A DNA stretch of 64,000 nucleotides from Pseudomonadota bacterium (GCA_039822785.1 JBCBMO010000006.1:212412-276411); one strand, 5' to 3'; positions 1 through 11,304 are shown, numbered from the stretch's first letter. Numbers and translations: made by a program. The notes: generated by a model from the sequence alone, not told the origin.

Positions 1-81
1 AGGTCTGCTTTCCGGAACGCAGCCGGCCCGGCCCCCGGAGGGCATCGGGGCCGCAGGTCGCTCTGCTATGGGCGCGTTCAC

Positions 82-789
82 TCAATCCGGTGTCAGCATA
101 TAGCCCGCCCCGCGCACGGTCTGTAGGAAGCGCGGGGTCTTCGGATCACTTTCGATCTTGCGGCGCAGGCGGGTGATCTGGACGTCCACCGCCCGCTCCT
201 GCACCTCACCGGCCGAGCCGCCCAATTCCTCCGCCAGGCGGGAGCGGCTGACCGGCTCGTTCGGCTGGCGGGCAAAGACCCGCATCAGCGCCTGCTCCGA
301 GGACGTCAGCCGGATGGTGATCCCGGCACGCTCCAGCGAGCCACGCGCCAGATCGTAGAGCGTATCGCCGAGCACGATCTCGGTCGGTTCTGCGGGGGCG
401 GGGGCCGCCGGTACCGCCCGGCGCAGGATGGCATTGATGCGCAAGAGCAGTTCGCGCGGCTCGAAGGGCTTGGCGAGATAGTCGTCCGCCCCGGCCTCGA
501 GCCCCTCGATCCGATCCTCGGTCTCACCCCGGGCGGTCAGCAGCAAGATCGGCGCGTCGATGGCCGCGCGCATGCGCCGGGTGAAGGCGACGCCGTTCTC
601 CCCCTCCATCATCACGTCCAGGACAATGAGGTCGAAGGCGAGGTTGACCAGCAGCCGTTCGGCATGAGCGGCATCGCGGGCAGCGGTGACCAGAAAGCCA
701 TTCTTCACCAGGAAGCGCTTCAGCAGTTCCCGGATGCGAAGGTCGTCGTCGACGACGAGGATATGCGGCGCCGCCTCCGCGAGGCTCAT
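82..789 (-). CDS. petR: OmpR-family two-component response regulator (PetR-like)
   Basis: Receiver domain (ILVVDDD, DLIVLDVMM, GADDYLAKPF) plus winged-helix (RAVDVQITRLRRKIE, TVRGAGY). Coupled to the upstream MarR gene, as in the Rhodobacterales petP-petR pair. Confidence 0.9.
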   Translation of the reverse strand: MSLAEAAPHILVVDDDLRIRELLKRFLVKNGFLVTAARDAAHAERLLVNLAFDLIVLDVMMEGENGVAFTRRMRAAIDAPILLLTARGETEDRIEGLEAGADDYLAKPFEPRELLLRINAILRRAVPAAPAPAEPTEIVLGDTLYDLARGSLERAGITIRLTSSEQALMRVFARQPNEPVSRSRLAEELGGSAGEVQERAVDVQITRLRRKIESDPKTPRFLQTVRGAGYMLTPD

Positions 790-1313
790 CGAGGGTCACG
801 CTCCACCAAACTGAGGACCGCCTCCCGACCCTCGGCGTCGAGCATACGTTGCAATACTTCACGAAAGCCAGCGACGGATTCGGGACCCGCTTCCGAAAAG
901 GCGCGGCGAAGGCGCTCACGCTGGGGCGCGGAGAGGGCACGCTCCAGCGTCTCCCCGGCCTCGGTCAGGCTGAGATGGCGCTGGCGGCGGTCGACGGTGC
1001 CGGTTGCGCTGTCCACCAGCCCGTCCTCCACCAGTTGGCGCAGCACGCGATTGAGGGACTGCTTGGTGACCTTCAGGATATCGAGCAGCCCCTGCACCGT
1101 GATGCCCGGCCGGCGCTTGATGAAGTGGATCGCCCGGTGGTGCGCCCGGCCATAGCCGCGCTCGGCCAGCACCGCGTCGGGGTCCGAGGTGAAATCTCGA
1201 TAGGCGAAGAACATCAGCTCGATGCCCTGGCGCAGCTGTTCCTCGGTCAGGAACAGGAGCTGGTCCGCCCCCCGGCCGACCGCCCGCCGATCCTGTCCTC
1301 CCTTGCCGCTCAT
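786..1313 (-). CDS. petP: MarR-family transcriptional regulator (PetP-like)
   Basis: LFLTEEQLRQGIELMFFAYRDFT, GRAHHRAIHFI and VTKQSLNRVLRQL motifs. ATG at 1313 chosen; the ORF track starts at GTG 1328. Confidence 0.88.
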   Translation of the reverse strand: MSGKGGQDRRAVGRGADQLLFLTEEQLRQGIELMFFAYRDFTSDPDAVLAERGYGRAHHRAIHFIKRRPGITVQGLLDILKVTKQSLNRVLRQLVEDGLVDSATGTVDRRQRHLSLTEAGETLERALSAPQRERLRRAFSEAGPESVAGFREVLQRMLDAEGREAVLSLVERDPR

Positions 1314-1354
1314 GACTGTCTCCCTCACGCAGCCCGCCGTCAGATGAAATATAT

Positions 1355-1369
1355 GTCAGTCAGGTTGAC
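1355..1369. promoter_or_regulatory. GTCA-N7-TGAC inverted repeat in the petP/ilvE divergent region; overlaps a TTGACC -35-like hexamer
   Basis: Sequence GTCAGTCAGGTTGAC. Candidate MarR operator by position only. Confidence 0.3.
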
Positions 1370-1497
1370 CGATAGCAATCGCAATGATACCCGCTGTTCC
1401 GCGAGGCGTGGCGGCAGATTCTGTCGCGAGCATGCCCGTGACGCGCAATAAACGGAAATCGGGTGCCGGAATCTGGCACCCCTGAAGGAGACGACCC

Positions 1498-2379
1498 ATG
1501 GCCCCCGGCAGTGGCTACGACGACCGCGACGGCTTCATCTGGATGGACGGCAACCTTGTGGAGTGGCGCAAGGCGAACGTGCACGTCCTCACCCACGGGC
1601 TGCACTATGCCTCTGCGGTATTCGAGGGCGAGCGGGCCTACGGTGGGCGGATCTTCAAGTCGGAAGAGCACTCCAAGCGGCTGCTGGCCAGCGGCATGGC
1701 GATGGACATCCCGGTTCCCTACACGGTCGAGGAGATCGAGGAGGCCAAGGCCGTCACGATGCGCGCCAACAACCTGGGCGATGCCTATGTCCGGGTCATC
1801 TGTTGGCGCGCGGCGGGGCCGGATATGGGTGTCGCCTCGGCGCGCAACCCGATCCGCATGGCCGTCGCGACCTGGGAATGGGGCGCGTACTACGGCGACG
1901 CGAAGATGAAGGGCGCGAAGCTCGACATTTCGCAGTGGAAACGCCCGAGCCCGGAGACGATCCCCTGCAAGGCCAAGGCCTCGGGTCTCTATATGATCTG
2001 CACCATGTCGAAGCACGCCGCCGAGGCGAAGGGCTGCTCGGATGCGCTGATGTTCGACTATCGCGGCTATGTGGCGGAGGCGACGGGCGCCAACATCTTC
2101 TTCGTCAAGGACGGCGCGGTGCATACGCCCGACCCGGATTGTTTCCTGGACGGCATCACCCGGCAGACGGTCATCGGGATGCTGCAGGAGCGTGGCGTGC
2201 CCGTCATCGAGCGGCACATCATGCCGGAGGAGTTGGAGAGCTTCGAGCAGTGCTGGCTGACCGGCACCGCGGCGGAGGTCACGCCGGTGGGCCAGATCGG
2301 CAGCTACAACTTCGAGGTCGGCGCGCTGGCCAAAGAGATCGCGACGGGCTACGAGCGCGTCGTGCGCGGCAACCACTGA
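1498..2379 (+). CDS. ilvE: Branched-chain amino acid aminotransferase (PLP class IV)
   Basis: HGLHYASAVFEGERAY, KAKASGLY, EATGANIFF, LDGITRQTV and GTAAEVTPV motifs. Confidence 0.95.
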   Translation: MAPGSGYDDRDGFIWMDGNLVEWRKANVHVLTHGLHYASAVFEGERAYGGRIFKSEEHSKRLLASGMAMDIPVPYTVEEIEEAKAVTMRANNLGDAYVRVICWRAAGPDMGVASARNPIRMAVATWEWGAYYGDAKMKGAKLDISQWKRPSPETIPCKAKASGLYMICTMSKHAAEAKGCSDALMFDYRGYVAEATGANIFFVKDGAVHTPDPDCFLDGITRQTVIGMLQERGVPVIERHIMPEELESFEQCWLTGTAAEVTPVGQIGSYNFEVGALAKEIATGYERVVRGNH

Positions 2380-2396
2380 CGCCACAGCCCCAAGGG

Positions 2397-2425
2397 CGAT
2401 CGCCGCTCCCTGTCGGCGGCGATCG
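2397..2425. terminator. 10-bp perfect hairpin downstream of ilvE
   Basis: CGATCGCCGC-N9-GCGGCGATCG. No U-tract follows on the + strand, so termination function is uncertain. Confidence 0.4.
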
Positions 2426-2593
2426 ATAAAACCCGGCGGCCTGCCCTGCCGCAGGCTTAAGCAGGCGTTGACCAGGACTTGAGCGCAATGCCGCCATCCG
2501 CTACCTTTGGGGTGTCATCACGGCCGTCTTTCCGGTCCCGCTGGGGGACCGGCGGCCCGACGACGGAGGTCCGTTCTGTCTGAACCGATCGCG

Positions 2594-2998
2594 ATGAGCG
2601 CCGCGCGCGCTCCGACGCAGGGTCCCGCAGGGACGAGCGAAACCGAGGTTATGGGTGGCAAACCCCTCCTCGATCTGATCCTGAAATCGCTGGACGACGA
2701 CAGCGCCGAGGAGATCGTGGACATCGATCTCGCAGGCAAGTCGGACATGGCCGATTTCATGGTCGTGGCCAGCGGCCGCTCCACCCGCCATGTGGCGGCG
2801 GTGGCGGAGAAGCTGATCGAGCGGCTGAAGCGCGACGCCCGCGTCGTCGCGAAGACCGAGGGGCGGGAGACCGCCGACTGGGTGCTGATTGACGCCGGCG
2901 ATGTGATCGTCCATCTCTTTCGCCCTGAGGTACGCGAGTACTATCAGATCGAGAAGATGTGGCAGTCCCAGCCCGACGCTGCCGCCAAGCGCGCCTGA
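2594..2998 (+). CDS. rsfS: Ribosome silencing factor RsfS (Iojap family)
   Basis: SLDDDSAEEIVDIDL, VVASGRSTRHV, WVLIDAGDVIVHLFRPEVREYYQIEKMW. Start uncertain (2594 or 2651). Confidence 0.93.
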   Translation: MSAARAPTQGPAGTSETEVMGGKPLLDLILKSLDDDSAEEIVDIDLAGKSDMADFMVVASGRSTRHVAAVAEKLIERLKRDARVVAKTEGRETADWVLIDAGDVIVHLFRPEVREYYQIEKMWQSQPDAAAKRA

Positions 2999-3008
2999 CC
3001 GGCCTCTA

Positions 3009-3473
3009 TTGGACCTGCTGATCGCCGCCGTCGGCCGTCTGCGCGGCGCGGAGGCGGATCTGTGTGCCGACTACGCTGCGCGCACCGGTCAGACCGGGCG
3101 GTCGCTCGGCCTCGGCCCGCTCCGCATCGAGGAAGTGGACGACCGGCGCGCCCGCGATGACACGAGCCAGGCCGCCCGGCTCATCGCCCTGTCCGAGGGC
3201 GCCTTTCGGGTGGTCCTCGACGAACGCGGGGTGAGCCTGTCGAGCCCCGACCTGGCTGAGCGGATCGGGGGCCAACGCGATGGCGGCACCCGGCGGATGG
3301 CCTTTCTGATCGGCGGGGCGGACGGGCATGCGCAGACGACCCGCGCCGCGGCGGATCTGACGCTGTCGCTGGGGCCCATGGTCTGGCCGCATGCCCTGGT
3401 CCGGGTGATGGTGGCTGAGCAGCTCTACCGCGCCGTCTCGATCCTGGCGGGCACGCCCTATCACCGTGAGTAA
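3009..3473 (+). CDS. rlmH: 23S rRNA pseudouridine-1915 N3-methyltransferase RlmH
   Basis: LDERG, FLIGGADG, LSLGPMVWPHALVRVMVAEQLYRA and GTPYHRE. TTG start; follows rsfS as usual. Confidence 0.93.
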   Translation: MDLLIAAVGRLRGAEADLCADYAARTGQTGRSLGLGPLRIEEVDDRRARDDTSQAARLIALSEGAFRVVLDERGVSLSSPDLAERIGGQRDGGTRRMAFLIGGADGHAQTTRAAADLTLSLGPMVWPHALVRVMVAEQLYRAVSILAGTPYHRE

Positions 3474-3551
3474 CCCAGCCCCCGCAAGCGCCTTGACGGC
3501 GCGTACCCGAACCCCGAAGTAGGTCCTTAAGTTTCGAAACGGGAGCAGGCC

Positions 3552-5204
3552 ATGTCAGAGCCGACCGACGGTCAGCCCCACCGCCCCAGTACCGACCCCA
3601 GTACCGACCGCGGCCCGGGCCACCGCCCGGTCGTCCTCTGCATCCTCGACGGCTGGGGCGTGCGCGAGGGCGGCGCCGACAATGCGCCTGCGCTTGCCGC
3701 GACACCGACCTTCGACAGCCTGCGTGCCACCCGGCACTACACGACCCTCGAAGCCTCGGGCGAGGATGTGGGGCTGCCGCCGGGCCAGATCGGCAATTCC
3801 GAGGTCGGGCACACCAACATCGGTGCGGGCCGCGTGGTCTGGATGGACCTGCCGCGCATCGACCGCGCCATTGACGACGGCAGCTTTGCGGCGAACCCCG
3901 CCCTCGGGCGTTTCGCGGAAACCCTGCGCGGCACCGGCGGGACCGCCCATGTCATCGGCCTCGCCAGCCCCGGCGGCGTGCATGCCCATCAACGCCACAT
4001 GGTCGAGACGGCGCGCGCCCTCTCCGCCGCCGGTGTGCCGGTGGCGCTGCATCTGCTGACCGATGGGCGGGATGTCGGGCCGCGCACCGCGCGCGACCAG
4101 GTGGCAACCTTGCTCTCGGACCTGGAGGGCGTCGATGGGGTCGAGATCGCCTCGGTGATCGGCCGCTTCTATGCGATGGACCGCGACAAGCGCTGGGACC
4201 GGGTGCGCCTGGCCGCGGCGACCATTGCCAACCGCGCGAGTGCCGCTGGGGCGCCGGCCGCCAGCGCCATGGACGCCATCGACGCCGCCTATGACCGCGG
4301 CGAGAGCGACGAGTTCATCCTGCCCACCGCCATCGACGGGCCCACGGGGCCCATCGGTGCCGCGGACGGCGTGCTCTGCATGAATTTCCGTACCGATCGC
4401 GTGCGCGAGATCCTCGGCGCTCTGGTCGACCCGGACTTCGAAGGCGAGCGCGACGCCTTCACCCGGCCCGCCGCCGCGCTCGGCATCGTGCGCTACTCCG
4501 AGACCCTCGATCGTTACATGGACCGGATGTTCGAGGATCAGGACATCCCCGACACCCTGGGCGAGGTGGTCGCGGCCGCGGGCCTTACCCAGCTCCGCCT
4601 CGCCGAGACCGAGAAGTATCCCCATGTGACCTTCTTCCTGAACGGCGGGCGGGAGGCACCGGCGCCGGGTGAGCGGCGGCACATGGCCCCCAGCCCCAAG
4701 GTGCGGACCTATGACGAGGCGCCGGAGATGGCCGCCGCGGAGGTGACCGAAGTGCTGGTGGAGGCGATCCGCGCCGGCACGGACCTGATCGTCTGCAACT
4801 ACGCCAACCCGGATATGGTCGGGCATACCGGCAGCCTGGATGCCGCCATGCGGGCCTGCGCGGCGGTGGACCGGGGCCTCGGCGCGGCGGTTGCGGCGCT
4901 GGAGGAGGTCGGCGGCGCGATGCTGGTCATCGCCGATCACGGCAACTGCGAGCAGATGGTCGATCCGGTCACCGGCGGCGCCCATACCGCGCATACCCTG
5001 AACCCAGTGCCGGCAATCCTGATCGAAACCGGACCGGCCGCTGCGGGGCATGGGCTTCACACGGGACGGCTCGCCGATGTGGCGCCGACCCTGTTGGCGC
5101 TCCTGGGCCTGGGGCAGCCCGCCGCGATGACGGGGCGCTCCCTCCTGACCCCCGCCGCGGAGAGCGGCCTGACGCCGGAGACGGCGGAGGCGACGGTCGG
5201 TTGA
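3552..5204 (+). CDS. gpmI: 2,3-bisphosphoglycerate-independent phosphoglycerate mutase
   Basis: LCILDGWG, GNSEVGH, GRFYAMDRDKRW, NFRTDR, AETEKYPHVTFF, NPDMVGHTG and ADHGNCE. Confidence 0.97.
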   Translation: MSEPTDGQPHRPSTDPSTDRGPGHRPVVLCILDGWGVREGGADNAPALAATPTFDSLRATRHYTTLEASGEDVGLPPGQIGNSEVGHTNIGAGRVVWMDLPRIDRAIDDGSFAANPALGRFAETLRGTGGTAHVIGLASPGGVHAHQRHMVETARALSAAGVPVALHLLTDGRDVGPRTARDQVATLLSDLEGVDGVEIASVIGRFYAMDRDKRWDRVRLAAATIANRASAAGAPAASAMDAIDAAYDRGESDEFILPTAIDGPTGPIGAADGVLCMNFRTDRVREILGALVDPDFEGERDAFTRPAAALGIVRYSETLDRYMDRMFEDQDIPDTLGEVVAAAGLTQLRLAETEKYPHVTFFLNGGREAPAPGERRHMAPSPKVRTYDEAPEMAAAEVTEVLVEAIRAGTDLIVCNYANPDMVGHTGSLDAAMRACAAVDRGLGAAVAALEEVGGAMLVIADHGNCEQMVDPVTGGAHTAHTLNPVPAILIETGPAAAGHGLHTGRLADVAPTLLALLGLGQPAAMTGRSLLTPAAESGLTPETAEATVG

Positions 5205-6418
5205 GACCGGCGCCTGCCTCCTCGCCCCTGAGGCGCAGGCTCGCGACCGTCTTGCCGATCTTCGCCATGGTCTGGGTCGTGGTCGGGGCCGTGGTCTGGC
5301 CCGGCGGCCCGCTCACCCCAGCCCGCGCCGACGATCCGGTCGCCACGCTCGAGCAGGCGGTGACCGCCCTCAGCGACGCAGAAGCGGCCCTGGCCGCCGC
5401 GACCGACGGCAGCGAGCGTCTCGCCGCCCTGGGCCTGGCGATCCGCGCGCAGGAGGCGGCGCTGGCGGCCTATCGGCGCGCGATGCGGCTGGTGGCCGGG
5501 CGCGCGGACATCATCGACACGCGCATCGAGACCGGGGGCGCCCAGGTCTCGCGCCTTTTGGCCTCGCTGCAGTCGCTGTCGACCGCGCCAAAGTCCGCCC
5601 TGTTCGCCTATCCCGGCGGACCGCTGCGGGCGGCGCGGGCGCAGATGCTGCTGGCCGCCGTGACGCCAGCGCTGGAGCAGCAGCGCATCGCCCTGGCGGC
5701 GGAGTTGAGCGGTCTGCAGACGCTGCGCGCCGAGCAGAACGCCGCCGGCGACGGTGCCCGCACGGCCCTGGCGGGGCTGCAGGATCTGAGGGCCGAGACG
5801 GCGATCGCGCTCGACGAACGCCGCCGGTCGCTGCCGCCGCGCCGGCTGATGCGCCAACAGGCCGAGGCGGCGCGGGCCACGGCCGATGACCTGGGCGCGC
5901 TGTCCGAGAACATCGCCACGACCCTGACCGAGGTTCCCGGCGCCGCGCAGGGCACGGCGGGGGCGCTGGCGCTGCCCTTCTCCGCCGTCCAGGGCCGCCT
6001 GCCCCTGCCGGTGGAAGGCAGCGTGACCGGCCGCTTCGGCGACCCCGACCCCTTCGGCAACGCAGGCGCGGGCATGACGATCAGCGCCCCGGCCTATGCC
6101 ACGGTCACCGCACCCCTGCGCGCCACCGTCCGCTTCGCCGGCCAGCTTACGGGCTTCGGCACCATCGTCATTCTCGAGCCGGAGGCGGGCTGGTTGATCA
6201 CCCTGGCGGGCCTTGCCCGCGCCGACCGGGAGATCGGCGAGGTGCTGGCGACGGGCGAGACGATCGGTGTCATGGACGAAACCTTGCCCGAACCGAACGA
6301 GATTTTACTTGCACACATGGATGAGCGTGGTCTGATCGGAAACAGAAAGCTCTACGTGGAACTCAGGCGAGACGGCGTGCCGATCGATCCGGTGCCGTGG
6401 TTCGCCGGTTTGGAATGA
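5201..6418 (+). CDS. envC: Murein hydrolase activator EnvC-like protein (coiled coil plus degenerate M23 domain)
   Basis: Hydrophobic N-terminal segment, long coiled coil, GRLPLPVEG and LYVELRRDGVPIDP. Conserved position between gpmI and the S41 peptidase. Confidence 0.8.
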   Translation: MRPAPASSPLRRRLATVLPIFAMVWVVVGAVVWPGGPLTPARADDPVATLEQAVTALSDAEAALAAATDGSERLAALGLAIRAQEAALAAYRRAMRLVAGRADIIDTRIETGGAQVSRLLASLQSLSTAPKSALFAYPGGPLRAARAQMLLAAVTPALEQQRIALAAELSGLQTLRAEQNAAGDGARTALAGLQDLRAETAIALDERRRSLPPRRLMRQQAEAARATADDLGALSENIATTLTEVPGAAQGTAGALALPFSAVQGRLPLPVEGSVTGRFGDPDPFGNAGAGMTISAPAYATVTAPLRATVRFAGQLTGFGTIVILEPEAGWLITLAGLARADREIGEVLATGETIGVMDETLPEPNEILLAHMDERGLIGNRKLYVELRRDGVPIDPVPWFAGLE

Positions 6419-7749
6419 TGCGGATCAGGAAAGATATGCGGAAAACGATGATGGCGCTGGCGGCGGGGGCAGCGCTCGGCGCGGCCCTGCCGCAGATCGC
6501 AACGGTGACCCATGCGCAGGACAGCGCCCGGTCGACCTACGAGAACCTCGACCTCTTCGGCGATATCTTCGAGCGGGTGCGCAGCGCCTACGTGGAGGAT
6601 GTCGATGAGCAGGAGCTCATCGAGGCGGCGATCAACGGGATGCTCGCCTCGCTCGACCCCCACTCCTCCTATCTGCCGCCGCAGAACTTCGCGGACATCC
6701 GCGAACAGACGCAGGGCAAGTTCGGCGGGCTCGGGATCGAGGTCACGATGGAGAACGGCTTCGTCAAGGTCGTGGCCCCCATCGACGACACCCCGGCCGC
6801 GGAGGCGGGCGTCGAGGCCGGTGACTTCATCACCCATATCGACGGCGAGAGCGTGCTCGGCCTCACCCTCTCCGATGCGGTGGAGCGGATGCGCGGCGTG
6901 GTCGGCTCCTCGATCACCATCACGATCAGCCGTGAGAGCGCCGAAGAGCCCTTCGACATCGAGATCACCCGCGACACGATTACGATCCGCGCCGTGCGCT
7001 CGCGCACCGAGGGGAACGTGGGCGTCCTGCGCGTGACGACCTTCAACGAGCAGACCTACCGCAACCTGGAGCAGGGGATCGAGGAGATCCGCGAGGAGCT
7101 GGGCGAGGATGTCGCCGGCTACATCGTCGACCTGCGCAACAACCCAGGCGGTCTGCTGTCGCAGGCGATCGAGGTTTCCGACGCCTTCCTTGAGACCGGG
7201 GAGATCGTGTCGACCCGCGGCCGCGACCTGGACGAGGCGGAGCGCGTCAACGCCCGCCCGGGTGACCTCACCGAGGGCAAGCCCATCGTCGTGCTGATCA
7301 ACGAGGGGTCGGCCTCAGCCTCCGAGATCGTCGCGGGTGCCCTGCAGGACCACCGCCGCGCGATCGTCGTGGGCGCCAAGAGCTTCGGCAAGGGCTCGGT
7401 CCAGACGATCATGCGTCTGGGCGACAAGGGCGCGATCAAGCTGACGACGGCGCGCTACTACACGCCCTCGGGCCGCTCGATCCAGGCGCTGGGCATCGAG
7501 CCCGATATCCTGGTCGAAGAGCGGCGCATCGCCTCGGCTGAGGGTGAGGAGAGCCGGCCCGGCCGGTCGGAGGCCGATCTGCGGGGCAGCCTGCAGAGCG
7601 ATCTGTCCGAGGACGAGCGTAAGCAGCTCGACGACGAACGGGCCCGCCACGAGGCGACCGCCCGCCTGCGGGCCGAGGACTTCCAGCTCGCCTATGCCCT
7701 GGATCTGCTCACCGGTCTGTCCGTCTACGACCGCCAGGCGGAGAACTGA
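6415..7749 (+). CDS. ctpA: Carboxyl-terminal processing protease (S41 family, PDZ)
   Basis: LDPHSSY, FGGLGIEV, DLRNNPGGLL, GSASASEIVAGALQD, SFGKGSVQT and TTARYYTPSG. ATGA overlap with the envC stop. Confidence 0.95.
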   Translation: MMRIRKDMRKTMMALAAGAALGAALPQIATVTHAQDSARSTYENLDLFGDIFERVRSAYVEDVDEQELIEAAINGMLASLDPHSSYLPPQNFADIREQTQGKFGGLGIEVTMENGFVKVVAPIDDTPAAEAGVEAGDFITHIDGESVLGLTLSDAVERMRGVVGSSITITISRESAEEPFDIEITRDTITIRAVRSRTEGNVGVLRVTTFNEQTYRNLEQGIEEIREELGEDVAGYIVDLRNNPGGLLSQAIEVSDAFLETGEIVSTRGRDLDEAERVNARPGDLTEGKPIVVLINEGSASASEIVAGALQDHRRAIVVGAKSFGKGSVQTIMRLGDKGAIKLTTARYYTPSGRSIQALGIEPDILVEERRIASAEGEESRPGRSEADLRGSLQSDLSEDERKQLDDERARHEATARLRAEDFQLAYALDLLTGLSVYDRQAEN

Positions 7750-7826
7750 GATCGGCTGACGCGCCCCTGACGCCGGCCTGACCGGCGTGGGGGCGCGTCT
7801 GGCCCTTCCGAATGTGAACGACGTTC

Positions 7827-8321
7827 ATGACCGACCGTTCCTCTGCCAGCGCGCACCTGCCCTATCGGCCCTGCGTGGGGATCGTCCTTCTGAACCGGGA
7901 GGGCGAGATCTTCGCGGGACAGCGCGTCGACTCGAGCCAGGACGCCTGGCAGATGCCGCAAGGCGGGATCGACCCGGGCGAAAGCCCCCGCGAGGCCGCG
8001 CTACGCGAACTGCGGGAGGAGACGGGCGTCCACCCGGACAAGGCGGAGATCCTGCGCGAGAGCGCACAGTGGCTCGACTACGACCTGCCGGCGCATCTGA
8101 TCGGCCGGCTCTGGGGCGGGCGCTACCGCGGCCAGAGCCAGCGCTGGTTCGCCATCCGCTTCGAGGGCGAGGACAGCGACATCGACCTCGACGCCCATGA
8201 GCGCGAGTTCCGCCAATGGGCCTGGATGGCGCCGGACGAGCTGATCATGCGGATCGTGCCCTTCAAGCGCGACACCTACGGCGCCGTCTTCAAGGAATTC
8301 GAGGACCTGCTCCGCCGGTAA
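7827..8321 (+). CDS. rppH: RNA pyrophosphohydrolase (Nudix)
   Basis: YRPCVG, WQMPQGGID, REAALRELREETG, YRGQSQRWF and IVPFKRDTY. Confidence 0.95.
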   Translation: MTDRSSASAHLPYRPCVGIVLLNREGEIFAGQRVDSSQDAWQMPQGGIDPGESPREAALRELREETGVHPDKAEILRESAQWLDYDLPAHLIGRLWGGRYRGQSQRWFAIRFEGEDSDIDLDAHEREFRQWAWMAPDELIMRIVPFKRDTYGAVFKEFEDLLRR

Positions 8322-8324
8322 GGC

Positions 8325-8756
8325 TCAAAGGGACTGCGTGTTTCCCTCACTTACGGTGACGTAGATTTCCGTGACCTCGCCGCGTGATCCATTGGCGTAG
8401 ATGAACCAGTGTCCGCCGTCACCGGCCGGGTAGACCCGTGAACAACCGTAGCCGCCGCCTGCCCAGTCATTCTCCCAGTCACGACAGTAGAGCCCGTCTT
8501 CCGTCACCTCCCACACGCCGTCGGCCGTCTCGCTGCCACCGTTCCAGACAGCTCGCCCTGTTAGTCGACCACTTGCGTCGATGAAGGTATCGTGAGTCCA
8601 GCCGTCCCCTTTGGTGGAGAGTGTGTTACCGGAGACGAGCGCCGAGACTTCAGGGCCGGTCAGGGGAACTACCCCGTCAGCAACGAGCCTTTCCTCTGTG
8701 GACGTGCATGACATAAGCACAATTAAAGAGATAGTTGATAAGGCACGCATGGACAT
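8325..8756 (-). CDS. Predicted lipoprotein, DUF995-like beta protein (lower-GC copy)
   Basis: GGAGGA RBS 7 nt before ATG 8756, lipobox LMSC, and GVWEVTEDGLYCRDWENDWAGGGYGCSRVY, paralogous to the next gene. Confidence 0.7.
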   Translation of the reverse strand: MSMRALSTISLIVLMSCTSTEERLVADGVVPLTGPEVSALVSGNTLSTKGDGWTHDTFIDASGRLTGRAVWNGGSETADGVWEVTEDGLYCRDWENDWAGGGYGCSRVYPAGDGGHWFIYANGSRGEVTEIYVTVSEGNTQSL

Positions 8757-8910
8757 AACATTGTCCTCCATTCTACTGTACTGATATATCGTAAAGTATA
8801 CACAAAATAATGATTGCCGTCTCCTCCGAGGGCGGCGGCCGAGTTTGATGGTGATTACTCAGGTTTGAACGACTGCCCATGCGCAAAGCGCTCAACCGGG
8901 TCAAGTCAGC

Positions 8911-9378
8911 TCAGAGGACGTTTTCGCTGTTGCCGGGGGTGCGGGTTCGGCGGATGGCTTCCTCCAGGGGCGTGCCATCGGGAACGAAGCTGTACTGGCT
9001 GCCGAAGCGGTAGACCTGGGCACAGCCCTGAGTGCCGCCGGACCAATCGCCGTCCCACTGGCGGCAGATCTGGCCATCGGGCTGCACGAACCAACTGCCG
9101 CGGGCGCGTTCCTCGCCGCCCGTCACGGTCTCCGACAGGCCATAGAGCATGCCGTCCTCGGCGAGATAGACGTGCCAAATGCGGTCCTCGCCCGCATGGC
9201 TGAGGGTGCTGTCACTCAGAAACACCCGCACCTGCGCCTCGGAGAGCGGTTTGATCCCCCGGTCCACCAGATCCTCACCCTCCGCCGGGCTGGACCCGTC
9301 GAGGTCGAGATCGCTGCTTTCGCAGGCGGCGAGCAAACCAGCGGCGATTAACACTGAGACGGCGGCGCTGCCCCGCAT
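8911..9378 (-). CDS. Predicted lipoprotein, DUF995-like beta protein
   Basis: Lipobox LAAC and GSWFVQPDGQICRQWDGDWSGGTQGCAQVY. Confidence 0.72.
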   Translation of the reverse strand: MRGSAAVSVLIAAGLLAACESSDLDLDGSSPAEGEDLVDRGIKPLSEAQVRVFLSDSTLSHAGEDRIWHVYLAEDGMLYGLSETVTGGEERARGSWFVQPDGQICRQWDGDWSGGTQGCAQVYRFGSQYSFVPDGTPLEEAIRRTRTPGNSENVL

Positions 9379-9408
9379 GCCAGTTTCCCCCTGAAACGGA
9401 CCTACCGC

Positions 9409-9813
9409 TCAGACACTGAGGAGTTGCGGCAGAAAGCGCAAGTCGGCGAGGGCCTGCATGGCGGCCGGGCGACGCTCGTCATCCTCGCCGAGTGCTTCGA
9501 TGGCCTTCTCCGCCGCCTCGATCCGCTCGTCGATCCAGGCCTGGTCGACGGCCTCGGCGGGTGCGGCATCCTCGGCCAGCACGCCAACCTCGGTCGGCAG
9601 GATCTCGACGAAGCCGCCCGTGACCACATAACGGCCCGGCTTGTCGCCGCCGGTCACCGTGATCACGCCGGGGCGGAGCGCGGAGAGGAAGGGCGCATGG
9701 TTCGCCATGGCCGTCAGATCGCCCTCCACCGCCGGGACGGTCACCGCCTCGGCCTGGGCATCGGCGAGCTTGCTCGAGGGGCTCACCAGCGCGAAATGAA
9801 TGGTCTCGGCCAT
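9409..9813 (-). CDS. atpC: ATP synthase F1 epsilon subunit
   Basis: FALVSP, VPAVEGDLTAMANHAPFLSALRPG and GGFVEI. Last gene of atpHAGDC. Confidence 0.95.
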   Translation of the reverse strand: MAETIHFALVSPSSKLADAQAEAVTVPAVEGDLTAMANHAPFLSALRPGVITVTGGDKPGRYVVTGGFVEILPTEVGVLAEDAAPAEAVDQAWIDERIEAAEKAIEALGEDDERRPAAMQALADLRFLPQLLSV

Positions 9814-9870
9814 GGGTCAGGCTCCGGTAGGGGGCGCCGGGCCATGGCGGCCCGGCTTATGGCGTGCGGC

Positions 9871-11304
<1,434 letters not shown>

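Noticed and set aside
1-81. Possible gene start (GTG at 81) following petR
   Set aside because: Only 27 codons are visible and there is no motif, so a feature cannot be supported.
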